A DNA stretch of 64,000 nt from Macrostomum lignano (lineage: Eukaryota). The stretch lies in the NCBI GenBank assembly GCA_002269645.1, contig NIVC01000368.1, positions 269,864 through 333,863 on the forward strand, given 5' to 3'. Positions 51,001 to 63,058 of this stretch are shown here, piece by piece. The notes beneath the pieces are model-generated. The model was not told where the DNA came from. It saw only the letters and a list, made by a program, of their open reading frames with translations, and did no database searches. How positions within the stretch are numbered: the first letter of the stretch is position 1; every line of letters starts with the position of its first letter. A program made the translations under genes and the position numbers.

Positions 51001-54000
51001 CAGAGAAACGCACAATGCGCATTGATAAATGATCGCGAATTATTTTCTTCTTTTGAGGAAAATCTTACTATAGCTACTGCTGTATCGCTAAGTCCTCGAC
51101 TATTCGTGCGCGATTTTAAGCCTGAACTACGATCCAAATGAATTCATTCATTAGATCGTCATAACTATCAATATATCCCAAGCAGAAATATACCCTGCGC
51201 AACCAATTCTTGTAATATATTTTCTGATAGACAGTAGAGCTGATTGGAGACACATCCCTTAGTGATTTTATTCGCGGGTCACTTAAGTTCTCAGAGTTGA
51301 GCAGCTTTAATATGAGAATATATAGTAATACTATTACTACAATAAAAGTTTTTTACGATACCATTCTCAATACTGCTCGATTCTCTCAGGGGGTTGCTGT
51401 GGCAGTAAAACAAACTGTTCAGCTAGAATTGCAACGGCACAGGATTCTGTGCTGACTAGGACTCAGGCAATGCCTCGTCTCTTTCATTCTTATATTTATG
51501 CTAAGACGGCTACTGCTATCTTACTATAGCTACTGCTGTATCGCTAAGTCCTCGACTATTCGTGCGCGATTTTAAGCCTGAACTACGATCCAAATGAATT
51601 CATTCATTAGATCGTCATAACTATCAATATATCCCAAGCAGAAATATACCCTGCGCAACCAATTCTTGTAATATATTTTCTGATAGACAGTAGAGCTGAT
51701 TGGAGACACATCCCTTAGTGATTTTATTCGCGGGTCACTTAAGTTCTCAGAGTTGAGCAGCTTTAATATGAGAATATATAGTAATACTATTATTAGATTA
51801 ATTGATTGAGTGCTTGTATGCGAACTTCAGAAAACAGACCTGCCTAATCTCATAAAAACCTCATAGTGCATCTCATAGTGAATCTCATAGTGAATCTCAT
51901 AGTGAAGCTCATAGTGAATCTCATAGTTATTTTCATAGTGAATCCCATAGTGCATCTCATACTGAATCTCATAGTGAATCTCATAATGAATCATAATGAA
52001 ACTCACAGTGAATCTTATAGTAAATCTCATAGTGCATCTCTTAGTAAATCTCATATTGAATCCCAAAGTGAATGTCATAGTGAGTCTCAAAGTGAATCTC
52101 ATACTGAATCTCAAAATACATCTCACAGTGAATCTCATAGTGAATCTCATCGTCAATCTCATAGGGAATCTCATAGTGAATCTCATAATGAGTCATAATG
52201 AAACTCACAGTGAATCTTATAGTTGAATCTCATAGTGAGTCTCAAAGTGAATCTCATACTGAATCTCAAAATAAATCTCACAGTGAATCTCATAGTGAAT
52301 CTCATAATGAATCATAATGAAACTCACAGTGAATCTCATAGTAAATCTCATATTAAATATCAAAGTGAATCTCATAGTGAGTCTCAAAGTGAATCTTACA
52401 GCTAATCAGAACAGAATAACCCACTGGGAGCAGTCCATCTCCTGATAAAGATAATCCTATTTCCACGCAAAGCTACGCAAAATCTGGCCTTCAAATCTCT
52501 TTTCTGTCTAAAAATCCATTTATATCATGTTCCAAAAATTAGGTTCTAATAGAAAAATCTCATGTTATTATCTCCATATCTCTGCTATGCAAAGCCAATC
52601 TTAATACACTCGCTACATTCGTACAGAGAGAGGGGCGGGAGGCAGGGAGAGGACATGAAGGGGACAGCTAGGGCGATAAATGGATTGAAATTCGACACGA
52701 AGCAGAGAGGTCTGAGGCTGCTGAATTGAGGCAAGAGAGGAGAGAGACGAGAGACAGGTAGACTCCCCTTTTGTCCCAGCATTCTCCTATTTGGTTTCCT
52801 CCCGTGGGAATGGAGCAATATGAGCTTGGCTCATCTAGCAGACCTGATTACGATCCGACCGAGTTCCGTGTCGAGCACCTGCGGAGGAAATTACGCTGCT
52901 CATGAAAACAGGGGCATCTGTTCAATGTGTTCCGAATGCTGTGCAGCCGTTTAATTAGACTTAGCCTGTTGCCGGGGCGCCTTTCAATCTGGGATTCTAC
53001 ATTGTTCTGTATTTTGAGGCTGTGAGATTTTTCCTTTCATTGCACCCATTCTGAACACCTCACATGGCGTCCTGATTATCTTATGCTCCCCTACACATCC
53101 TATGGCTAATCCCTACACATTCTATGGCTAATCCCTACACATCCTATGGCTAATCCCTACACATTCTATGGCTAATCCCTACACATCCTATGGCTAATCC
53201 CTACACATTCTATGGCCAATCCTTACACATCCTATGGCTAATCCCTACAAATTCTATGGCTAATCCCTACACATCCTATGGCTAATCCCTACACATTCTA
53301 TGGCTAATCCCTACACATCCTATGGCTAATCCCTACACATCCTATGGCTAATCCCTACACATTCTATGGCTAATCCCTACACATCCTATGGCTAATCCCT
53401 ACACATTCTATGGCTAATCCCTACACATCCTATGGCTAATCCCTACAAATTCTATGGCTAATCCCTACACATCCTATGGCTAATCCCTACACATCCTATG
53501 GCTAATTCCTACACATTCTATGGCTAATCCCTACACATCCTATGGCTAATTCCTACACATTCTTTGGCTAATCCCTACACATTCTATGGCTAATCCCTAC
53601 ACATTCTATGGCTAATCCCTACACATCCTATGGCTAATCCCTACACATTCTATGGCTAATCCCTACACATCCTATGGCTAATCCCTACACATTCTATGGC
53701 TAATCCCTACACATCCTATGGCTAATCCCTACACATCCTATGGCTAATTCCTACACATCCTATGGCTAATCCCTACACATCCTATGGCTAATTCCTACAC
53801 ATTCTTTGGCTAATCCACACGTCCTATCGCACCCCTCTAGCGTCCCCACCTCAACTACACGCAGATGTGTAACTTAAATATGTGCGTAGGTCCATCTAGT
53901 ATTATATAATTATTTCAAACATATTCAATAAACAAGTAGTATTAGTGCGTTGGAAAAAACAAGAACAAAAGTTTAGAATGCCTGTTTTTATCTCGTTTTA

Positions 54001-57000
54001 TCCAGGACAATAAAAAATGTTTTTTACGATACCATTCTCAATACTGCTCGATTCTCTCAGGGGGTTGCTGTGGCAGTAAAACAAACTGTTCAGCTAGAAT
54101 TGCAACGGCTCAGGATTCTGTGCTGACTAGGACCCAGGCAATGCTTCGTCTCTTTCATTCTTATATTTATGCTAAGACGGCTACTGCTCCTAAGGGAGTA
54201 AAGGACATAATTTTTACGTCAATGCTTTGTGACTTCTAGCAAAACACTTTTAGTGATTCGGCAGGCTACACATACTCTTCGGGATGCTTCACTTGACGTT
54301 ATTACACTCCTAGATGCTTCAAGTGACGTCACTGCTCTCCCAGATGCTTCAAGTGACGTCACTGCTCTCCCAGATGCTTCAAGTGACGTCACTGCTCTCC
54401 CAGATGCTTCAAGTGACGTCACTTCTCTCCCATATGCTTCCAGTGACATCTCTTCTCTCCCAGATACTTCAAGTGACGTCACTGCTCTCCCAGATGCTTC
54501 AAGTGACGTCACTGCATTCCCATATGCTTCCAGTGACATTTCTTCTCTCCCAGATACTTCAAGTGACGTCACTGCTCTCCCAGATGCTTTAAATAACATC
54601 ACTGCTCTCACAGATGATTCAAGTGACGTGACGTCACAAATACCCCAAATGCTGCAAGTGACGTCACTACTCTCCTAGATGCTCCAGTCAATGTCAATAC
54701 CTTCGGAGATGCTTCAACACAAGCGCCACACTTCCCTACACCGGTAGAATAAGGATAGAGTACTAATTACCAGCAATTTCCGCCACAAACCTTGGAATTG
54801 TAGATGGCCGCCCGTCGACCCCTTCGATGGAGGTTCTCCTTGGTGGGCTCGGTCTCCTGATCCTCATTGTCGCTGGTCAGACTCGCTGAACTGCCGTGTC
54901 TTTTGATCTGAAAATGTTGTATTGTAATTGATATTGACTAGTTATTGATAGAATAAATTGATCAACTACGCTCGTAGTTTGTTTTAACTGACTGATTGAA
55001 GCAAAAATTCAAATACTTCACCAAAGTTTTCACAAAACCTTTAACGGTAAATGCTAGTTTAAGAAAATTTATGACCACACAATTCCTTACTGTTAGGATG
55101 ACGTATTCAACCTGGTTGATTCTCGTCTCTCGAAAACGTGCCAACTGATTATTAATAATAATAATAAGAATAATTAATACTAATGGGCAGATGTGCAACC
55201 GACAGCTCAGCCGCAGCTATTGCTCGGCGCATCTGAAGGCTGTGTACGGCTGTTCAGTCCAAGGACTGGGGGGTCGCCACACACACCCTCAATTACCCCA
55301 GCTAATGCTGGCACCCATTTTACAGCTGGGTGAACTGAAGCAATGCAGAGTCGAGTGTCTTGCTCAAGGACACAAATTGTTCCAAGTGTGTCGAGAATCG
55401 AACCCCCGACCTTTCAGTCATGTGTCCGACGCTCTGAACACTGGGCTAACATGCGGGTCGGGATTTCTCTGCTACGGTTCTCAGCTTTTGTTTTAATAAT
55501 GCTTGGATTTGAATTGCTAAAGTTGATTTGAACTTAATATAAATATTAATCTTAATCCCAATCTTATAGCCATTATCAACCTTAAGGTCAATCTCATAGG
55601 CAGTTTCAGAGTCAATCTCACAGTCAATCTCATAGTAATCTCATAGTCAATCTTATAGTCAATCTCATAGTCAATCTCATCGTCAATCTCACAGTTAGTC
55701 TCAGCGTCAATCTCAATATTATAGGTAACATCCCTCATGCTCAATCTGATTCATAAGCAATTTACCGTCTGCACGAGAGGCCGCAGTTTGTCAGCAAAAA
55801 CCTGAGCACTGCAGGTGTTCGTCCGCTTTAGCAGACGAAACCTGTTCGATCCCGGGCTTGATGCCGCGACTGGGCTTGCTGACGAGCCTGTAACTGCTGT
55901 AAGCGTTGATGCAGCTGCTGCTGCTGATCCTGATTTGAGGTCATAATTTAAGGGTTAAAAATCCTTTACAGAAGCATGGGATTATTATGCTTCCAAGTAG
56001 TTGCTAAGGGGAAAGTATTGAACGATGCAAAAGGATTTGGCTGCCTCTGATCCTTTGGCGGTTTTTGTCTCTCGCTTTTTTCGAGTCTCGTGGCATCCCG
56101 CCATCCAATCCGAGTGGCCTGAGGCTGCGGTAGCCAGTCAGCCTTATCTGAGTTTCAGGTCATGCAAATCATGCAGTTTGCGTATGCACTTCTTGGTCTG
56201 GGCTCATCATTCTTTAGCTCAGTTTGAAGTCGGGTTTGAAGATTTCAGAAACCGATTGTTAATGCCGTTAATTCTTAGAAAAGTAATTTCACTTACATTT
56301 TTCTCAATATACTTTCCATGTTCTACATTTGGTTCATTGGATCTTTCTACATTGGAAGGTCGGGGGTTCGATTCTTGACCCAATCGGAACAATTTGTGTC
56401 CTTGAGCAAGACACTTAACTCTGCATTGCTTCAGTTCAAGCAGCTGTAAAATGGGTGCCAGCATTAGCTGGGGTAATTGAGGGTGTGTGGCGACCCCCCA
56501 GTCCTTGGACTGAACAGCCGTACGCAGCCTTCAGATGCGCCGCGCAATAGCTGCGGCTGAGCTGTCGGTTGCACATCTGGCCATTAAGGCAGGTGTAATC
56601 AATTCCTATTATTATTGATATTATAATCGCATTGTTCAAATGACAAACTAAATTTTCAACATCATATCCTGACGTTGCTAAGCGTTTCAATATCTCTTAG
56701 CGTCATAATCCAGGGTAAGTCTCGGTCAGTCATGCGAATTTCTTGAATTTCTTGCGTTTTGAGCAAACAAGACTTAAAGATATTTGAGCAGTGAATGAAC
56801 ACACTGGTGCAACACTCCTGAGCTCCTGAGCACATGCAAGTTAGTTTTTAACTCTTATAAGCTGCTCGCTACTGAAGACCCTGAATCATATGCAGCGCTG
56901 TTTCATTTGAGCCATTCGCTTCCTCCTCATTAGAAGCTCAACACACCGCAGGAAGCCGCTCAGCAAAGCTAGGTAATTAGTTAATTGACACAAAGGATCC

Positions 57001-60000
57001 TCTGTTTTGAACAGGTACCCCTCTGCCTCTAGCTACATTCTCAATTCTGTCTGCCTTCCTTTGTCATTCGATTGACCAAGCTCTGGGACTCGAATGGCAG
57101 GCCTCTCTATGCGCGCTTTGATCTGCGCTTTTGAACTTCATATTCTTCATATTCTATTTAACCCTTCATCGCTGTTCTGCTTCGATCTCTATTTCACGTT
57201 TTACCTTGGCTAAATGTATTCGATTAGAATTTAATGCATTTTAGTCTATCTATCATGGGATTTTTTATGTGGTTTTAAAGATTTTTCGCTTAAAATCTGC
57301 ATCGAAGAATTGAAAAAAGAACTAAAAAGGCACCCTCACTGAGTAGCACCCTCGTTGAGTAGCAGCCTTCACTGAGTAACACTCCTCGCTGAGTAACACT
57401 CCTCACTGAGTAACACTCCTCACTGAGTAACACTCTCACTGAGTAACACTCCTCACTGAGTAACACTCCTCACTGAGTAACACTCCTCACTGAGTAACAC
57501 TCCTCACTGAGTAACGCCCCTCACCGAGAAATATCAGACAAACTTTCAGACACTACAATTACACAGCTCTACTAACAGTAGTCATTCTGTTGCAGCAAGC
57601 ATTACTCACGGGAAATCGAAAGCTGGGGACTTGCAAAGTGACGCACTGGCGGCCCGAGCTGATCTGTAGAGGCGAACTAGAATCTGAGGTGTTCATTGCT
57701 GCAGAAATAAACGGTTTGTTTATTGCAGCCCATACATGGGACTGAAAGATTTTAAAATTAATCTACATCACCGTACACACCCTCTCTACATCCAACCACA
57801 CCTCACAACTCCCGCTCCTCACAATACCTCCTCATAACACCCACCCCTCACAACACCCACCCCTTACAACACCCACCCCTCACAACACCCACCCCTCACA
57901 ACAACCGCTCCTCTCAACACCCACCCCTCACAACACCACCCCTCACAACACCCACTCCTCACAACACCCACCCCTCACAACACCCACCCCTCACAACACC
58001 CACCCCTCACAACACCCACCCCTCACAACACCCACCCCTCACAACACCCACCCTCACAACACCCACCCCTCACAACATCCACCCTCACAACACCACCCCT
58101 CACAACACCCACCCGGCCAGCCATAAAAAACCCACCAGTTCTCCTCAGCCCGACCCCGGACGGTACATCTCGAGCCCAGGGCACCGGTGAAATGGCCGGC
58201 GACACCAGGACATCCTCGCGATCTTGCGAATGCTCCCCCGTTCCTCTTCTCCGACCGACGCTTAGGCGGCTGCCGTCGCCTTCTGCATCGCCGCCGGCAG
58301 TATCGGCAGCTTCGGGAAAGCAGAAAAACTCGTTCATAATATCGTCATCATCATCTTGGTCGTCAATGTCTGGATCTTCTTTCTTCGACAGCCTGTTGCT
58401 TCTCCAGTGGCAACTTCAACTTGTGCCGTCTGGCTGCTACACTGAAGGCACGCCAGGCTGCCCCGGCTGGGTGCCACCGGCAGTTGGCGGAGACAGCTGC
58501 TGCTCCAGGCGCTGCTGCTGCCTCTGAGTCTCGTCGAAGAGCTGTCGCACCTGATGGTTGAAGAAGTGTCGGTCAACTATATTGATCGATATCAATATGA
58601 TAAACGTTTAATTTGTCAGTTATATAAAATTCACTAAGTAACACTCTCACTGAGTAACACTCTCACTGAGTAACACTCTCACTGAGTAACTCTCACTGAG
58701 TAACATCTCTCTGAGTAACACTCCTCACTGAGTAACACTCTCACTGAGTAACTCTTCTCACTGAGAACACTCCTCACTGAGTAACTCTCTCACTGAGAAA
58801 CACTCCTCACTGAGTAACACTCTCACTGAGAGAACACTCCTCACTGAGTAACTCTCTCACTGAGAAACACTCCTCACTGAGTAACTCTCTCACTGAGAAA
58901 CACTCCTCACTGAGTAACACTCTCTCACTGAGTAACACTCCTCACTCTCACTGAGTAAACACTCTCACTGAGTAACACTCTCACTGAGTAACACTCTCAC
59001 TGAGTAACACTCTCACTGAAGTAACACTCTCACTGAGTAACACTCTCACTGTAAAGTCTCACTGAGTAACTCTTCTCACTGAGTAAACACTCTCACTGAG
59101 TAACACTCTCACTGAGTAACTCTCTCACTGAAGTAACACTCTCACTGAGTAACTCTCTCACTGAGTAAACACTCTCACTGAGTAACACTCTCACTGAGTA
59201 ACACTCTCACTGAGTAACACTCCTTACTGAGTAAACGCTATTTTCAAAAATTCTATCCTAATAAATGCTAAATTGTTGGAAAAATTTAAAAAAAAAATAT
59301 GCAAGACATTTTTTGCAAAAATAATACAACTGGTAAGCGCTTATTCTTCGAGTTTGTAACAAAACTTATTTATATACAAACGTAATTTAATACAGATTTA
59401 TCGAGCCTCATTGAAATTATTTACCTTCCTAATTTGATCGCATGATTGTTCTCCATGGAGCAGTCCAGATTGTTGATCAAATATTCTTAAGGCATAAGGC
59501 AATTCAACACTGGTCAATTCCAGTCATCGAATCTCCCTGACTTATCCTAACTTTCTTTAGCAGATGATGAAGCAATTCTGAACTTCATTCTGTGAGCATA
59601 TTTATGCAACAGGACTCGGCACTCCCCTTCCCCAGCCTCCCTTGTCCTTCATCCCCTGCCTCTGTTTCCCTCTGTTCTAGCTGTTTTCGGAATCTTTGAA
59701 AGAGGCAAAAAGAGATGCAGGGCAGGTACAGAGAGGCTTGGAGACTGTCATTACAGACTTCTCAGAGCATTCTCTAGTAATACACAAGTAGCAGAGGCGC
59801 TCGTGCAGACAGGCATTGCAAGGGAGCTTGCAATCACCTGCAACGTCACTAAAAGCAGCCGAGAGAGATGGGGGAGGAGGTAAGGAAAGCCTAACAAATA
59901 AGGCGCAGAGAAAAAGATCCTGCGGACACAGAATAATAAGATTTCTAAGATTTTTGAGGATATGCCTGTCTCATGAGCTGGGCTTGCGCCAAAGTGAAGA

Positions 60001-61463
60001 TTTCTTGTGTATCGGTTATTATTTTTGTTAGCCTACAAAGAGGCCTATACAGAAGAGTACCTGCTTTTCCCGCCGACTTAATATGGTACTAGCTGTTTGA
60101 GTCGAATCGAATACTTTGTATGCATTGCAGGCCAATTTGTCTCTATTCGATATTGTCTTTGTACGCAAAACTGGGATTCAATGTGATTTCGTCCTATATT
60201 CCTGCGGAGATAGGAAAGTTTTCATTTTTCAGTACAAAAATTGTTAGTGCTCATTGATTTTATAAATCTATTTTGTCATTCTCAGCTGACTATGTAGCAA
60301 TCTCGTACTAATACATGTAACAGACGACGATAAAATAGATTCATAAAACCGACGAGTCGAGATGTGCCATGCATTTTTATGATTTTTAGGTGCAAGACAT
60401 GTACGTAGAATAAAAATATTAACATACTCGTAGAATCCTAATTTTCAAAAGAAAAGCTTTATGAATATCAATTGACAATAAAGCTATAATAAGAAAGGCG
60501 CAACATATCAAAAGATGAACACTACCGGTAGGGTCTGCTTCGTATCGAAAGCAATAACAATTTTTTAAGCTGAAAAATTAAAATTTCCATCTCCATTTTT
60601 GTGTATTTTTTCGGAAACAACCTGCCTCCTAAACATTTTCCAAGAAACGAGGTTCCCCGTCCTAGTTGAGTAGTCCTTGATCAGATCATTGAAAAAATCA
60701 GCTTACTTATAATTAACCACTCAAAGTCACTCATAAACTCACTCATAAACTCACTCATAAACTCATTCATAAACTTACTCATAAACTCACTCATAAACTC
60801 ACTCATAAACTCACAGATAAACTCACACATAAACTCACACTCATAAACTCACTCGTAAACTCATTCATAAACTTACACATAAACTCACTCATAAACTCAC
60901 TCATAAACTCACTAATAAACTCACTCACAAACTCACTCATAAACCTATAAACTTACACATTAACTCACTCATAAACTCATTTATTAAAATCGCTCACTCA
61001 CCGTCTCCGAGTCTTCGCACTCAGTTTATTGGACTTGATGGAGCATTGCTCAGTCAGCATCCGCCTTCGCTGACCCTTGCTGCCGCAGTCAGGGGGATCC
61101 GGCTGGTGCACAGGACACGTCGGCACCACATCGACCGCCTCCTGCTGCTGCTGCAGTTTGCTCAGGTCGCCCAGGGAGGAGGATCTTCGTCGCCGGTCGT
61201 GTAGCCGACGACGCGAGAAAATCTGCCTGGCAGGTCGGAGGCCCCCGCGGCTGCATCGTCGCAGCTGCTGTCGTCGAGCTGTCAATTTCTACGGAGATGC
61301 TTCGAGGCGAAGCCGCAGGCGGCGGACTCGGGCAGGTGTCGGTGGAGGAGTTGAGCGTCAGGTTGACGGCAATCGGACAAGGGATGTTGTGCCGATGCTG
61401 GTGACGTGGCAGAGGAGTTCGGATCTCCATCTGGCGTGTCTGTGGGAGCGTTTTGCAATGTAC
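35707..61463 (-). CDS. PLEKHG7: PLEKHG7-like DH-PH Rho guanine nucleotide exchange factor, ~19 exons
   Basis: Core exons 44539-44432, 44105-43893, 42171-42076, 41985-41884, 41800-41684, 39687-39513, 39416-39207, 38996-38914, 38833-38704, 38332-38235, 37470-36865 and ~36426-35707 splice in phase. They give REAVWELFKSELVFLIDYLMVLK, LFGNIDEL, YCLNYHCAITYLE, LLVAPMQH, KLKWL..WPP, YCFLFDDILLLTK, QPIALDR, matching recalled PLEKHG7 motifs. N-terminal exons are 45348-45284, 45177-45020, 44813-44770, 54907-54791, 55929-55766, 57663-57610, 58550-58136, 59485-59425 and ~61463-61002. The 5' part is less certain and needs frameshifts. Confidence 0.88.
37850..38001 (-). mobile_element. tRNA-derived SINE family B (a 3' fragment lies at ~42845-42885, + strand)
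   Basis: The minus strand reads GGCCGTAGCCCAGTGGTCTAG (A box)..GGCTCGATTCC (B box). Its 3' part GGCCAACCCCCCAAGGCACA..GTGTACATGCCT recurs at 42845. Confidence 0.7.
39045..39185. repeat. (TCTG)n/(CCTG)n microsatellite
   Basis: Direct observation. Confidence 0.97.
41090..41430 (+). mobile_element. Possible hAT-type transposase C-terminal (dimerisation domain) relic
   Basis: With frameshifts it reads YPALCFLWNILNALAIP..AERFF..NMVTSM.RSLSTD, resembling the hAT YPxL..IPxSxAxxERxFSxM..RxxLS motif. Heavily decayed. Confidence 0.4.
44855..45003. repeat. (TAGA)n microsatellite
   Basis: Direct observation. Confidence 0.97.
45470..47278. repeat. Minisatellite, 21-bp unit (CTGACTCACAATATCTGACTCT-like)
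   Basis: About 80 copies. A longer CCGAAATATCTTTGA variant is restricted to both ends. Confidence 0.97.
47780..48990. repeat. Minisatellite, ~22-bp unit (CTCCTGACACCCAATTTCTGTCA) with higher-order variants
   Basis: Direct observation. Confidence 0.96.
49610..50770. repeat. (CTCTA)n pentanucleotide array with periodic TTTT/ATCTA variants
   Basis: Direct observation. Confidence 0.97.
51062..51792. repeat. Local duplication: ~275-bp block at 51062-51336 repeated at 51518-51792; the spacer 51339-51517 repeated at 54007-54188
   Basis: Near-identical sequence by visual alignment. Confidence 0.9.
51855..52400. repeat. 12-bp minisatellite (TCTCATAGTGAA); a related array (TCTCATAGTCAA) lies at ~55590-55700
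   Basis: Direct observation. Confidence 0.92.
53090..53818. repeat. Minisatellite, 22-bp unit (ATCCCTACACATCCTATGGCTA)
   Basis: Direct observation. Confidence 0.97.
54300..54680. repeat. 30-bp minisatellite (GATGCTTCAAGTGACGTCACTGCTCTCCCA) carrying CRE palindromes
   Basis: About 12 units. Nine perfect TGACGTCA sites were counted. Confidence 0.95.
55170..55455 (-). mobile_element. SINE family A, copy 2 (most complete)
   Basis: The minus strand has an A box TAGCCCAGTG, a B box GGTTCGATTC, a central TGTGTCCTTGAGCAAGACACT..CACCCAGCTGTAAAATGGGTGCC, and a (TTA)n tail near 55150-55185. Confidence 0.9.
56345..56600 (+). mobile_element. SINE family A, copy 3 (5' end degraded)
   Basis: Reads GGTCGGGGGTTCGATTC..TGTGTCCTTGAGCAAGACACTTAAC..CTGTAAAATGGGTGCC..GTCGGTTGCACATCTG, in inverted orientation relative to copy 2. 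Confidence 0.9.
57335..57525. repeat. 14-16-bp minisatellite (CTCACTGAGTAACA), left array
   Basis: Same unit as the array at 58632-59232. Confidence 0.93.
57780..58110. repeat. 15-bp minisatellite (CCCTCACAACACCCA)
   Basis: Direct observation. Confidence 0.95.
58632..59232. repeat. 14-16-bp minisatellite (CTCACTGAGTAACA), right array
   Basis: Direct observation. Confidence 0.95.
60722..60980. repeat. 12-bp minisatellite (CACTCATAAACT)
   Basis: Direct observation. Confidence 0.95.
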
Positions 61464-62185
61464 CTTAGTAGATTACACACTAGCTATATAGTCAAGTAGA
61501 AATGCAGTTGGGTCGGGCTTAAAGTGGCCAGGTGTGTGTCGCACCCTTCCTGAGCTATCAGTGACCCCTCCGTGATCCTTCAGTGAGCCCTCCCTGATCC
61601 TTCAGTGAGCCCCACTTGATCTATCAGCGGCCACTTTCGGATCCTTCAACGACCCCTCCATGATCCTTTAGCGATCCCTTCTCTGATTCTGCAGTGATCC
61701 CCTCTCTGATCCTACAGTGACCATCTTTAACTTTCAATATAATTAAGCCGTGTACAGAAATGAGCCTATAGCACTACTGACCAAGTCCTACTGAGTAGCA
61801 TCACATGCTTTTTGCATTTTACTAAGTTACTTATTAATACATCAAGTATTAATGAATTTTTCATTTCTATCTGCGAAACTGCAGACCAAAATTGAGAAAA
61901 GAGAAATTATGCTTTTGTCAAGAAGAAGATTCTTCTAGGCTGCTGAAAGAAGCAGACTAAGAAAGCGTTGCACATCGAAGAAAAAGATTTTATATGGTGT
62001 AATAAAAATTCTGATTTATTATCTAGGAATTTCAGCTCACAGAATCTCGGCAAGACTCTGAATGCTTCATCAGATGCTACTTTCCGGGGTTTCATTTTGC
62101 TGCAATATTCGATACATATTAGTTTTGACTCGGAGGATGCGTTGCCTCTGTGCCCCATTCTGTCACTCGTGCTGAAATGTATCTA

Positions 62186-63022
62186 GTATCTATAAGCACA
62201 CCTAGCCAGTATCTATAAACACACCTAGCCAGTATCCATAAACACACCTAGCCAGTATCCATAAACACACCTAGCCAGTATCTATAAACACACACCTAAC
62301 CAGTGTCTATAAACACACACACCCTAGCCAGTGTCTATAAACACACACACTAGCCAGTGTCTATAAACACACACACCTAGCCAGTGTCTATAAACACACC
62401 TAGCCAGTGTCTATAAACACACCTAGCCAGTGTCTATAAACACACCTAGCCAGTGTCTATAAACACACCTAGCCAGTGTCTATAAACACACACACCTAGC
62501 CAGTGTCTATAAACACACCTAGCCAGTGTCTATAAACACACTTAGCCAGTGTCTATAAACACACCTAGCCAGTGTCTATAAACACACTAGCCAGTGTCTA
62601 TAAACACACACACCTAGCCAGTGTCTATAAACACACTTAGCCAGTGTCTATAAACACACACACCTAGCCAGTGTCTATAAACACAGACACACCTAGCCAG
62701 TGTCTATAAGCACACCTAGCCAGTGTCTATAAACACACCTAGCCAGTGTCTATAAACACACCTAGCCAGTGTCTATAAACACACCTAGCCAGTGTCTATA
62801 AACACAACACACACCTAGCCAGTGTCTATAAACACACCTAGCCAGTGTCTATAAACACACTTAGCCAGTGTCTATAAACACACACACCTAGCCAGTGTCT
62901 ATAAACACACTTAGCCAGTGTCTATAAACACACACATACTAGCCAGTGTCTATAAACACACCTAGCCAGTGTCTATAAACACACCTAGCCAGTGTCTATA
63001 AACACACCTAGCCAGTGTCTAT

Positions 63023-63058
<36 letters not shown>

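Noticed and set aside
51827-54678. Repetitive ORFs (HSESHSES.., DASSDVTALP..) as adhesive or structural proteins
   Set aside because: They coincide exactly with intronic minisatellites whose unit lengths are multiples of 3, and they lack non-repetitive coding flanks or splice context.
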